Shown: positions 14,808-23,198 of the stretch, piece by piece
How the letters are laid out: every line of letters starts with the position of its first letter
Numbering within the stretch: position 1 is the first letter of the stretch
Source of the DNA: a virus
Virus record (IMG/VR): IMGVR_UViG_3300033153_012907
Direction: 5' to 3' (one strand)
Length of the DNA: 24,406 nucleotides
Made by a program: the position numbers and the translations under genes
Notes under the pieces: model-generated
Database searches by the model: none
The model's input: only the letters and a program-made list of their open reading frames with translations
Told to the model about the DNA's origin: nothing

Positions 14808-15093
14808 ATTAAAGGTATACCTAAAATATCTTATACTAAGCCCTTGGAAAGAGTCTGTCTCAATTCCTAATTTTAGCACTATAACTTGGGTATTAATAAT
14901 AATTTCTTTACTTTTAAAATCAAAAGCTCTTTTATTTGTTTCTGTTTGTTTAGGTGTTATTTTTTATCTAATTAAAGAATACAAAAGCGGAATAGCTATG
15001 CACTGGTATAGAATGAGAAGTTATAAAGAACAGAAGGAAGCCTTAAAAAAAGTGAGGGCACAAAGAAAAAATGGACATAAAATTAATAATTAA
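14785..15093 (+). CDS. two-TM membrane protein
   Basis: Hydrophobic hairpin WVLIIISLLL...LLFVSVCLGVIFYLI; basic tail. Confidence 0.7.
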   Translation: MEEKEKFKLKVYLKYLILSPWKESVSIPNFSTITWVLIIISLLLKSKALLFVSVCLGVIFYLIKEYKSGIAMHWYRMRSYKEQKEALKKVRAQRKNGHKINN

Positions 15094-15310
15094 TATAGGA
15101 GTAGTTTTATTTTGTTCCTATCTTGTCGCTACAAACTATGAATATAAAACAATTCTTTTATTAGTAATCATACTCAGTTCGTTTTATCTTGGTAGAAGAT
15201 ATTTTGGACTGAATAAGGAAAGGCAAAAGAGAGAGGCTCACTCGCCTCCCTCTTTACCATCCAATCTTCCTGAAGAATTTAGATTAGAGCAACAGAGAAT
15301 GCCAATATAA
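15071..15310 (+). CDS. two-TM membrane protein with Pro-rich tail
   Basis: Two hydrophobic helices; SPPSLPSNLP. Confidence 0.7.
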   Translation: MDIKLIINIGVVLFCSYLVATNYEYKTILLLVIILSSFYLGRRYFGLNKERQKREAHSPPSLPSNLPEEFRLEQQRMPI

Positions 15311-15444
15311 AATGGGAAGAAAAAGAAAATTAATGACAAAAAGGGAAATAAATAAAGAACTTAAAGAAAAACAGAAAGCTTTAAAAAAGGTAAATGCTAT
15401 GATAATTCAAGAAATGATTGACGGCATTAACAGGAGATTACAAC

Positions 15445-15771
15445 ATGTATACTTTAAGCAAAGAACAAGTTAACACTATTAAAAAACTTTTGAACGAACG
15501 AAAAAGTTTTCAAATAAAAACAATTCTAAAGGATTTAGAAGTTTATCAAAATCCTATAATAAATAAATTAGAAAGATTTTTAAGGAACAAAGGAAAATCC
15601 ACAATTCTTCATTCTGAAATAAGAGAAATTATAAGGGAGGTTAAAATGGAAGAAGAAAATCAAGAAATGGAAAAAGAAGAACTTGAAGAAGAACAAAAAA
15701 CTGGCGAAGAAGAAAGTTCTGAGGACGAATCTGAAGAAGAAGAAAAAGAAGAAAATCAAGAGGAAGAATGA
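15445..15771 (+). CDS. protein with long Glu-rich C-terminal tail
   Basis: About 40-aa poly-Glu tail; start moved to the ATG at 15445. Confidence 0.65.
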   Translation: MYTLSKEQVNTIKKLLNERKSFQIKTILKDLEVYQNPIINKLERFLRNKGKSTILHSEIREIIREVKMEEENQEMEKEELEEEQKTGEEESSEDESEEEEKEENQEEE

Positions 15772-16145
15772 AATTTTTAATTTTTTTATTTATTTTTCTT
15801 TGTCTTCCTTTAGTAATAGCGGGAAGTGTACCACAGGCTTCTGTTGAATATTACTTAAATCAAACTGAGTTACCAATTTGCGAAGATGAACTAGAAACCT
15901 GTGTTAATGAATATAATAATCTCTTAGAAGATTTTAAAGACGGAAATAATTGTAAGGGGCTTTCTCAGATGTTAAAAAGTATGAATGAATTACTTGGAGA
16001 AGAAAGAGATGAATGTTTAAAAGAGATAGGCGCTCTTGAAGTATATAAGATAGGTTTTTTTAGTATGGGTGCTTTTTTGTTAATTACCGCGCTCTTTTTA
16101 ATTTACTCATCATTTAAAGATGGAAAAAGAAATACCAAAAAATAA
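15768..16145 (+). CDS. signal peptide, Cys-containing coiled coil and C-terminal TM
   Basis: MKFLIFLFIFLCLPLVIA signal; CEDELETC (Cx6C); TM IGFFSMGAFLLITALFLIY. Confidence 0.75.
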   Translation: MKFLIFLFIFLCLPLVIAGSVPQASVEYYLNQTELPICEDELETCVNEYNNLLEDFKDGNNCKGLSQMLKSMNELLGEERDECLKEIGALEVYKIGFFSMGAFLLITALFLIYSSFKDGKRNTKK

Positions 16146-16416
16146 AGTGTATGTAGGAAAAAAACCATTCCTAAATTATGTTACAGCAGTAAATACTCTA
16201 TTTCAAAAAGGATTTAAAGAAATTATAATTTGTGCAAGAGGAACATTTATCCATAAAGCAGTTGACGTCGCAGAAGTTATTAAAAATAATTTTTCAAAAG
16301 ATGAAGTATTATTAGATGTAAAGACAGGAACAGAATCTTTTAAAGAAAAAGACAAAATAATAAAAGTATCAACAATCGATTTAAAACTAACAAAACACAA
16401 AACAATAAGTTTATAA
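16120..16416 (+). CDS. albA: Alba-family DNA/RNA-binding chromatin protein
   Basis: KVYVGKKPFLNYVTAV...EIIICARGTFIHKAVDVAEVIK...VSTIDLKL matches Alba consensus along its full length. Confidence 0.93.
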   Translation: MEKEIPKNKVYVGKKPFLNYVTAVNTLFQKGFKEIIICARGTFIHKAVDVAEVIKNNFSKDEVLLDVKTGTESFKEKDKIIKVSTIDLKLTKHKTISL

Positions 16417-16449
16417 ACACTTTTTTGTTATTTATACTGAAACTAAATA

Positions 16450-16929
16450 TTGCCTTTCCTAAAATGCCCCATGAAAACAACCATAGTCTCAGAATTACTC
16501 TCCCAAAATAAAATAAAATTTCTAGATGAAAATAACTTACATTTTAGGATTTGTTACCCTTCTAAATTTAAATATGTAAACCAATTTCAACCACCTTTTC
16601 TTATCATAGATACTTTTGCTAAAAAAACAACAAGGCAAAAGGACATTGTAAGGATAAGTCTAAATGATTTAAAAAGAAAAGAGTTGGTATTGACTAGCGT
16701 AAAAGCAACAAAATCTACTAGATGGATTAGTTATCAAAAAAGGATTTATAGGATTGAACCCTTATTTTCTATATCCCCTAACTCAAAGAAACTTCTTACA
16801 GCTCCAGAAGGTCATAAAATCGAGTTTGACAGGGCAAACCAAGCAGTTAGATTAATCGGTAAATATGCAGGATATCCTCATAGGGGAAATGGAGGAAATT
16901 GGGTTCCAATTAAAAATGATAACGCCTGA
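16450..16929 (+). CDS. hypothetical basic protein upstream of the ATPase
   Basis: ORF track; the likely start is the ATG at 16471. Confidence 0.6.
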   Translation: MPFLKCPMKTTIVSELLSQNKIKFLDENNLHFRICYPSKFKYVNQFQPPFLIIDTFAKKTTRQKDIVRISLNDLKRKELVLTSVKATKSTRWISYQKRIYRIEPLFSISPNSKKLLTAPEGHKIEFDRANQAVRLIGKYAGYPHRGNGGNWVPIKNDNA

Positions 16930-19288
16930 AGAATTAAAATGCAGATTATGGGGAATGGGTTTTGCAAATCCAAGAACTAGATACAAGGAGAAAATGATAG
17001 AAGATATTCCAATAATGATAACAGATTCTGGAAAATTATTGTGTGTTCCAAATACAGAGGAAATAAAACATGTCGGAATTGTGGGGATGACTGGTTGTCA
17101 GCCTGCCGGAAGCAAGGTTTTAATGGCAGATGGTTCTTGGAAAAATATAGAAAAAATAAAGAAGGGGGATTTGGTAATTTCCCCCCAGAAGGAGGGGGGT
17201 AATATTTTTGCTAAGGTCAAATCTACTACCAAATGGTTCTCAAATGAAAATTATGAGATAAAAGAACAAAATAGAAACAAGAGAAGTCTATATAGGTGCT
17301 CCCATAATCATATAATCCCTTTTTATTTTAGGTCTAAAAAAAGTTCAAAAGATGCCTCATGGAAAATAAGACAGGAAACAGCATCACATTTCAATAAATA
17401 TGATGAATTAGCAAACTCTAGGATTGGTTTTTCTTCTTTTTTAATAGAAAAATTTAAAGGAAGAAAAAATTGTGAGATTGAAGCTTATACTTTAGGGGTT
17501 TTTTTAGGGGATGGATGTTCTATTTATAAGGAATATAAAAGACAAAAATATAAGGCACTTTCAATAACTTCTATGAATGAAGAAATTATAGATGAGGTAT
17601 CTAAATTTTATCCAATAATGAGTATAAGGAACAAAGAAAAGAGTAAGGCAAAACAGTATAATTTTTCAGTTAAGGGAGAACTTCAGAAACAAATAGAAAA
17701 ATATGGTCTTAAAGGGAAAAAAAGTGGAGATAAATTTATCCCAAAAGAAGCATTATTATCAGATTCAGAATATAGAAAAAAACTTCTTGCAGGATTAATA
17801 GATACAGATGGCACCATTAAAGATGGAACAAGTTATAACTTAGTTACAATATCTAAGAGTTTGGCAGAAGACATAAAATTTTTGATTTATTCTCTTGGTG
17901 GCAGATGTTCAATTAAAAAATATAAATCAAGTATAAAATCATCAAATTTTATTGGTGAACGTTATATTATAAGTTTTTATTTGCATAAATTAGAACTACC
18001 ATTAAAATTAAAATATAAAATAAGAAATAAAAAATTTTCTTATTTATCTTCTAATAGATTAGCGATTTCTGTAAAAAAATCAGAACCTGGGATGGTTTAT
18101 GGATTCCAAATAAACAGCCCCTCTAAATGGTATGTAACAGATAATTGGATGGCAACCCACAACTCCTGTAAGAGCATTTTTCTTAACGCTTTTCTTTCTT
18201 GGGACTATTGGCTTGCAAAAAGGAAATGTCTTGTTTTAAATGATTTTCAAAAAGAAACTTTTGAATGGAGCCTACCAACAGATACTCCAAGTTTTTTTTA
18301 TTCTTTAAAAAAAATAAACGCAAAACCTTGTCCAACACCTCTTGTTTATATCTTTCCTACAACGAAATCTCTCCAAATAGAACCATCTGATAAGAGATTT
18401 CCTTTGATAAAGATGACACTCCCTCTCGAAGAAGTCATAAAGAATGTAGAAAACTATCATAAATTAGACAAGAGCAAGGTTTATCTTGCAAATATAAAAG
18501 AAAAACTAGAAGATTGTAATTCTATTCAGGAGATAAGAGAAGTTTTGGAAGAGGAATTTCCAGAAAGAGAACAAAAGTTAATGAGGTTTAAGTTAATGAA
18601 TATTTTTGAAGATTTATTTGAAAACCATATTTTAAATGTAGCAGTTCCAAACGCCCCTTCTTATTTGGAATACAAAAAAAAAGAGGTTAGATATTATAAT
18701 AAGGTAGTGCAAACAATATTAAGGGCAAACTTAATCCCCTCAATTCAAACCTCTGATTTGAGTAATTATGAATTTTTTTCTGCTTATATGTCTTATATTG
18801 TTAGTTCTTTATATGAAAATCAATATCATGATAGTTATTTTAAAACTCAAACAATATCATTATTTGTAGATGAAATAGATAAATTATGGCTTGGATTTAA
18901 TGGCAATTTAATAAAAAGAGCCCTTAGTTTAATTGGAACAAATGGTAGAATGGCAAGAATAGGATTAAGGTGGGCAACACAACATTATAAAGTTGTTCCT
19001 GTTGGAATAAGGAGTAACACCAAATTCTTGGTTGTTTCAAGACAAAAAGATTCAAAGGAGGTATCAGAGATAAGAAAAGATTTTGATATCCCAAAATGGA
19101 TGGAAAAAGATATTTTAAATTTAAAGTCAGAACCAGAAAAAGGAATTTTTGAAGTTATTGCAGTAACTACAGAAAGATTTATATTATATGATTTAACAAC
19201 AGGAGAAAAAAAATTAAGTTCAGAAGCACAAAAAGGAGAACTGGTATGTCCAATTGCGCGACATCATAGACCAAACACTAAACTATAA
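16916..19288 (+). CDS. FtsK/HerA-superfamily (VirB4/packaging-like) ATPase with intein
   Basis: After splicing, Walker A reads HVGIVGMTG|SCKS. Walker B ISLFVDE. GRMARIGLRWATQ and IRSN motifs are characteristic of FtsK-HerA. Start moved to the AAAATG at 16916; spliced product about 434 aa. Confidence 0.85.
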   Translation: MITPEELKCRLWGMGFANPRTRYKEKMIEDIPIMITDSGKLLCVPNTEEIKHVGIVGMTGCQPAGSKVLMADGSWKNIEKIKKGDLVISPQKEGGNIFAKVKSTTKWFSNENYEIKEQNRNKRSLYRCSHNHIIPFYFRSKKSSKDASWKIRQETASHFNKYDELANSRIGFSSFLIEKFKGRKNCEIEAYTLGVFLGDGCSIYKEYKRQKYKALSITSMNEEIIDEVSKFYPIMSIRNKEKSKAKQYNFSVKGELQKQIEKYGLKGKKSGDKFIPKEALLSDSEYRKKLLAGLIDTDGTIKDGTSYNLVTISKSLAEDIKFLIYSLGGRCSIKKYKSSIKSSNFIGERYIISFYLHKLELPLKLKYKIRNKKFSYLSSNRLAISVKKSEPGMVYGFQINSPSKWYVTDNWMATHNSCKSIFLNAFLSWDYWLAKRKCLVLNDFQKETFEWSLPTDTPSFFYSLKKINAKPCPTPLVYIFPTTKSLQIEPSDKRFPLIKMTLPLEEVIKNVENYHKLDKSKVYLANIKEKLEDCNSIQEIREVLEEEFPEREQKLMRFKLMNIFEDLFENHILNVAVPNAPSYLEYKKKEVRYYNKVVQTILRANLIPSIQTSDLSNYEFFSAYMSYIVSSLYENQYHDSYFKTQTISLFVDEIDKLWLGFNGNLIKRALSLIGTNGRMARIGLRWATQHYKVVPVGIRSNTKFLVVSRQKDSKEVSEIRKDFDIPKWMEKDILNLKSEPEKGIFEVIAVTTERFILYDLTTGEKKLSSEAQKGELVCPIARHHRPNTKL
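17096..18163 (+). mobile_element. intein with LAGLIDADG homing endonuclease, 356 aa
   Basis: Block A CQPAGSKVLMADGSWKNIEKIKKGD; block B SHNHII; LAGLIDADG motifs LGVFLGDG and LAGLIDTDG; block G THN followed by Ser+1. Confidence 0.95.
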
Positions 19289-19733
19289 AATGATAATCAG
19301 CAACAAAGAACACAAAAATATAATAGCATTAGAAAAGCCAGAACACCAGATTATAGCAATAAAGGAATTTATCATAAATTTTAATAAAGAGGCTAAAAAA
19401 AGAAATTCCAAATGGTTTGCAGAATTATTGTTTAAACAATTCCCTCATATTACAAAAAGAAACGGGATAATAGATTTTTTTCTGTGTAGGATGGAACCTT
19501 CTTTTCAAGTTATAGATAGTGGAGGATATTTTTTCTTTGTAGATAATGATTATATCTGTAATTCAATAGGGAGAAAATTTAGTGATAGGTTTTTTAAACA
19601 TCTTCCAGAATTTAAACCAATATTAGAAGCAATCCCTCAAAAAGTCTATATATTATGGGATAATGAAAATTTAATGGGAAATATAGAAAACATAGAAAAA
19701 GAAATTTTAAAACTCAAAAATGGAAAAAAATAA
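19254..19733 (+). CDS. hypothetical protein
   Basis: ORF track; overlaps the ATPase end; the start may be the ATG at 19290. Confidence 0.6.
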   Translation: MRDIIDQTLNYKMIISNKEHKNIIALEKPEHQIIAIKEFIINFNKEAKKRNSKWFAELLFKQFPHITKRNGIIDFFLCRMEPSFQVIDSGGYFFFVDNDYICNSIGRKFSDRFFKHLPEFKPILEAIPQKVYILWDNENLMGNIENIEKEILKLKNGKK

Positions 19734-20022
19734 AACAATAGGATGGAAAGTAATAGCAATCTTATTTCTTTTGCTAGCATTTATCTTTTTTATGAAGGGA
19801 GAATACGACAAAAAACAACTTCATGAGGATTATTCAGATTGTATAACTAAAAAAAATGTGTGTACAAATGTTTTAAATGAAACTTTAAAAGGTTGGAAAG
19901 AATGTATTTTTGCAGTTGGATATTCTTTAAATATGACTACAGAAGAAATAGAATATGAATTAGATGTGGGAACAAATCCTTTTTATTTAAATAGTACAAA
20001 GGAGGTTCAAAATGAAGATTAG
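19720..20022 (+). CDS. type II membrane protein with Cys-helix motif
   Basis: N-terminal TM; YSDCITKKNVC-x9-GWKEC; sequons NET, NMT and NST. Confidence 0.75.
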   Translation: MEKNKTIGWKVIAILFLLLAFIFFMKGEYDKKQLHEDYSDCITKKNVCTNVLNETLKGWKECIFAVGYSLNMTTEEIEYELDVGTNPFYLNSTKEVQNED

Positions 20023-20620
20023 TTTAATTTTATTACTATTAATAAGTATTCCTTTAATAACAGCAGGATTAGATGAAGCTAGTTTGACTATTAGGGTTTC
20101 AAATAATTCAATAGAGATAATAGACAGCAAGTTTCCTAACATAAATAACCAGAATTTTACTTATTCAATAACAAACAAATCAATGTCTTTTACAAATACC
20201 ACATTTAATTTAATTTACGAGATTAATGAAACTGCCAGTGGTTTTGATTTTGCAGATGAATATACTAATTGTTTAACCAAAAAAACAGAATGTGAAATAT
20301 TAAAAAAAGATATTGATAGAGGGTGGACTGAGTGTTTGTCTAGTCTTAATAGATTTGAAGGACAAAATGCAACTGCTTGTGATGATTTATTAGATGATTG
20401 TGAATTAGATTTGGAAAGAAAAAAAGTAGATTTGGAAAGTAAAGCAAGGGAAATACAAGATTTATCTAATGACCAAGAAGATACAAGAAATACGAAATAC
20501 ATATATTTTGGTGCAGGGCTTTTGGTTGGAGTTCTTGGTTTATTATGGAAGCAAGGAAAAATAGGAAACAAACATCACGAAAAATCACAAGACGAATTAA
20601 ATAAACAAATAGCAGCTTAA
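20012..20620 (+). CDS. type I membrane glycoprotein with Cys-helix motif and coiled coil
   Basis: Signal peptide; six N-x-S/T sequons; YTNCLTKKTEC-x9-GWTEC; C-terminal TM YIYFGAGLLVGVLGLLW. Confidence 0.8.
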   Translation: MKISLILLLLISIPLITAGLDEASLTIRVSNNSIEIIDSKFPNINNQNFTYSITNKSMSFTNTTFNLIYEINETASGFDFADEYTNCLTKKTECEILKKDIDRGWTECLSSLNRFEGQNATACDDLLDDCELDLERKKVDLESKAREIQDLSNDQEDTRNTKYIYFGAGLLVGVLGLLWKQGKIGNKHHEKSQDELNKQIAA

Positions 20621-20621
20621 A

Positions 20622-21149
20622 ATGGTAGATAATCCAAGAGAAGAAATACTAATTCCTCCAGAATATTCTCTTTTAGAAACAGGAGATGGATATGTTAGCT
20701 TAGTTCAGGGAGCAATAGAAAAAGAAGACGAAGAAGGAAGACAAATAGTTGAATTTGTAATTAAGCCAACAAATGTATTAAGAAAAAGATATAATATACG
20801 AGAAGACCAACTTAAAGATGGAAAAATGATTTTTCAAGTATTAAAATCTGATTTGATTCCTTTAAATATACTTGATGATGCAAATAGAAAATGGCTTTAT
20901 GTAAAGTCTTTTGGACATGAAGAAACAGAATTAAGTAAAATACATTGGAAATTAAGAGAACAGCTTGAAGCAGAAAGAAGAAAAAGAGTTTATTTAGAAG
21001 GGGAATTAATATGGTATTCAGAACAATTAAAATTAGCAAGGACAAACCCACAAGAATTTATAGCACAAGGAATGGAGGTTTTTGAAAAAGTTGGAACCAG
21101 AATGGCAGACTTAATGAAAGGAAAACGAAGGGAGGATTTAGAAGAATGA
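20622..21149 (+). CDS. hypothetical protein, beta-rich N-terminus and coiled-coil C-terminus
   Basis: ORF track; TAAAATG coupling. Confidence 0.7.
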   Translation: MVDNPREEILIPPEYSLLETGDGYVSLVQGAIEKEDEEGRQIVEFVIKPTNVLRKRYNIREDQLKDGKMIFQVLKSDLIPLNILDDANRKWLYVKSFGHEETELSKIHWKLREQLEAERRKRVYLEGELIWYSEQLKLARTNPQEFIAQGMEVFEKVGTRMADLMKGKRREDLEE

Positions 21150-21634
21150 CAGAATTAGATGAAAAACAAGAAATAGAATTGGAATCTCTTTACTCAGGGA
21201 ATTTAGATTTAAAAACAACCACAGAAAACCCTATATTAACCCCAATTGCAGAAGCAAACAATACATTTACTAATCTTAGTCTTATAAGAAACAAAGCTCT
21301 TTTAGATTACGAAGAGATATATAGAAAAATTCAAGAAATGGTTGAAGAAAATCCAAGATATTCTGAAACAATGATTGTAACAACTATTTTTAATTTAATT
21401 ATCCAATTTAAACAAATTGTTCATTCACAAGACCTTCAAATAGAAACCATGAAAAAAACAATTCAAGAAATGATTAAAATTGTAAATTTAAGATATGATT
21501 TGCTAGGAGAAGAAGAAGAACCGATTGTAAAAGAAATAAAAAAAGAGAAGGTGGAAACCGATGAAGAGGTATTAAAAGAATTAAATAAAATAGCTAAACC
21601 TAAAGTTTCAAGTTTAACTGATAAACCAATATGA
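21146..21634 (+). CDS. coiled-coil hypothetical protein
   Basis: ORF track; ATGA overlaps at both ends. Confidence 0.7.
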   Translation: MTELDEKQEIELESLYSGNLDLKTTTENPILTPIAEANNTFTNLSLIRNKALLDYEEIYRKIQEMVEENPRYSETMIVTTIFNLIIQFKQIVHSQDLQIETMKKTIQEMIKIVNLRYDLLGEEEEPIVKEIKKEKVETDEEVLKELNKIAKPKVSSLTDKPI

Positions 21635-22026
21635 AAGGAGGCAAAATGAAAGACGAAGAATTTACTGAAGAAGGGGAGATTTATAAAGAAGCATTTGAAT
21701 CAAACGACGGAAGAAATGTAATCAAGATAGCAGGAAGAAGACCAGAAGTATATATAGAGACAATTTTGAAAAAACTTCAAAAATATGACCAGATAATAAT
21801 CTCTTGTTTAGATACTTATCTGGATATAGCAACTTATATAATTAGGTTATGGGAAGCAGTTGGAGTTTATCCTGAAAAGAATGAATATAATCCAAAACAA
21901 AAATTGTTTTTTATAAAAAAAATGGAAGAAATCTCTAACAGAGAAACTGGAAAAAAATATAAAAAACCTGTCAATATAATCACCCTAACCAAAGACCCCA
22001 ATATTTACAGATTTACTAAAATATGA
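21631..22026 (+). CDS. divergent Alba-like protein
   Basis: NVIKIAGRRPEVYIETILKKLQKYDQIIISCLDTYLDIATYII...VNIITLTK follows the Alba beta-alpha-beta-alpha order. SD GGAGG precedes the ATG at 21646. Confidence 0.5.
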   Translation: MKGGKMKDEEFTEEGEIYKEAFESNDGRNVIKIAGRRPEVYIETILKKLQKYDQIIISCLDTYLDIATYIIRLWEAVGVYPEKNEYNPKQKLFFIKKMEEISNRETGKKYKKPVNIITLTKDPNIYRFTKI

Positions 22027-22601
22027 CAAGTGGCGATGAATATTCTGAGTATAAAGACTGGCAAAAAAAACAAGGAAGTCTTTGGACTAGATTTTCCAAA
22101 CAAGTTAAATCAGTTCATTTGATTGGGTTCTTCGTTCTTATAATTGCGGGAAACTGGGCAACACAAACTGGAAAAATTCCTATGGCTGTATTTTTTACAG
22201 CAATAATTGCGTTTGCACTGGTTTTTCTTTTTGTTGCTGTTAGAGAATCTAATGAACCTAAATTAATTCCTGAACACATCATAAAACAAATTGGAAAAAA
22301 TGCTTTAGAAAAAAAAAGAGGTGAAGAAATCCCATTTGACGCAAAAATAAAAATTACCCTAATAGGAGAAGTAATCCATGAACAAGATATGATTTCAAGA
22401 ACCTCTGGTGTAATTAAAAGAGAAGTGGGTTTTCAACTTATCAAAAAAGGATATGCTAAATCTGGAGTAATTGGAATTCATCCTTATAATGGAATTGTTT
22501 TAGGAATAAGATGGGAAAGGCTTGGATATAGTGGAAAAGAAACAAAAGATAGAATTTTGGTCCCGGTTAATATTATAGACCAAGGTTTTAAAGGAAAATG
22601 A
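22023..22601 (+). CDS. two-TM membrane protein with soluble C-terminal domain
   Basis: Hydrophobic hairpin VHLIGFFVLIIAG...AVFFTAIIAFALVFLFVAV. Confidence 0.75.
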   Translation: MTSGDEYSEYKDWQKKQGSLWTRFSKQVKSVHLIGFFVLIIAGNWATQTGKIPMAVFFTAIIAFALVFLFVAVRESNEPKLIPEHIIKQIGKNALEKKRGEEIPFDAKIKITLIGEVIHEQDMISRTSGVIKREVGFQLIKKGYAKSGVIGIHPYNGIVLGIRWERLGYSGKETKDRILVPVNIIDQGFKGK

Positions 22602-22815
22602 TTTCAGAAAAAATAATAAAAGAAAACAATATCCCCATCCCTATGAATAAAGGAAAAAGGTTTTGGATGTATAAATATAAGGATGAGATAATTAGTTTAT
22701 ACACAAATAAAACTATGAATGAAATAAAAGATATAATGTAATCAGAATCTGGGAAAATGAAATAAAAAAAATGAATTTAAAAGATTTTAAAATTAAACTC
22801 CCAATAAGCTTTTAA
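22598..22815 (+). pseudogene. internally deleted DUF559/Vsr-like endonuclease remnant
   Basis: The 5' frame MISEKIIKENNIPI...YKDEIISLYTNKTMNEIKDIM* switches frame at GATATA (22730-22735) into YNVIRIWENEIKKMNLKDF, the typical G-Y-x-V-x-R-x-W-E C-terminus. Confidence 0.55.
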
Positions 22816-22979
22816 GAAATAAAACTATATCTTGAAACTATATCATAAAGATTTTCCAAATCTCTTTTTATCTTTTTTTTACAAGCGAAATCAAAATCTT
22901 GAATAATTCTTCCCAAATATTTTAAAAAAAGTGTTTCCACTTCTTCAAGGACAAACCCTTGTTCAGTATACTCTTGCAT
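22812..22979 (-). CDS. small hypothetical protein, 55 aa
   Basis: Start moved to the ATG at 22979, which lies 21 nt downstream of a TATA box. Confidence 0.55.
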   Translation of the reverse strand: MQEYTEQGFVLEEVETLFLKYLGRIIQDFDFACKKKIKRDLENLYDIVSRYSFIS

Positions 22980-23000
22980 AAAACTAAAAAATCTCATAGA

Positions 23001-23013
23001 TATTTAAATGTTA
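23001..23013 (-). promoter_or_regulatory. archaeal TATA promoter (AACA-TTTAAATA), leaderless
   Basis: Same core as at 7301, 11724 and 12116; 21-nt gap to the ATG at 22979. Confidence 0.65.
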
Positions 23014-23198
23014 TGTATACCTTTTTAAATAATTTTAAGATAATTCTATTTCCTTCCTTATTCTTAACCAAATACTCCTAAGGAACTAAGAAGAATATAT
23101 CCAACAATCAGTACACCAATTATCTTAATTAAATCAGTATATTTAAATCTTTCTCGATGTTTCTTATTCTACAACGAATTTAACTTTTATAAACGTTT

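Noticed and set aside
16916-19288. Terminase large subunit or replicative helicase
   Set aside because: No RNase H-like nuclease domain or DnaB/MCM motifs; the ATQ and R-x-N motifs fit FtsK/HerA.
508-20571. Minus-strand track ORFs 508-714, 5031-5336, 5786-5977, 6485-6697, 10950-11240, 14146-14361, 14457-14651, 16203-16400, 20215-20571 (and 20812-21051 just beyond)
   Set aside because: Antisense shadows of better-supported + strand genes; their Phe/Leu/Ile/Ser-rich composition reflects the A-rich sense strand.
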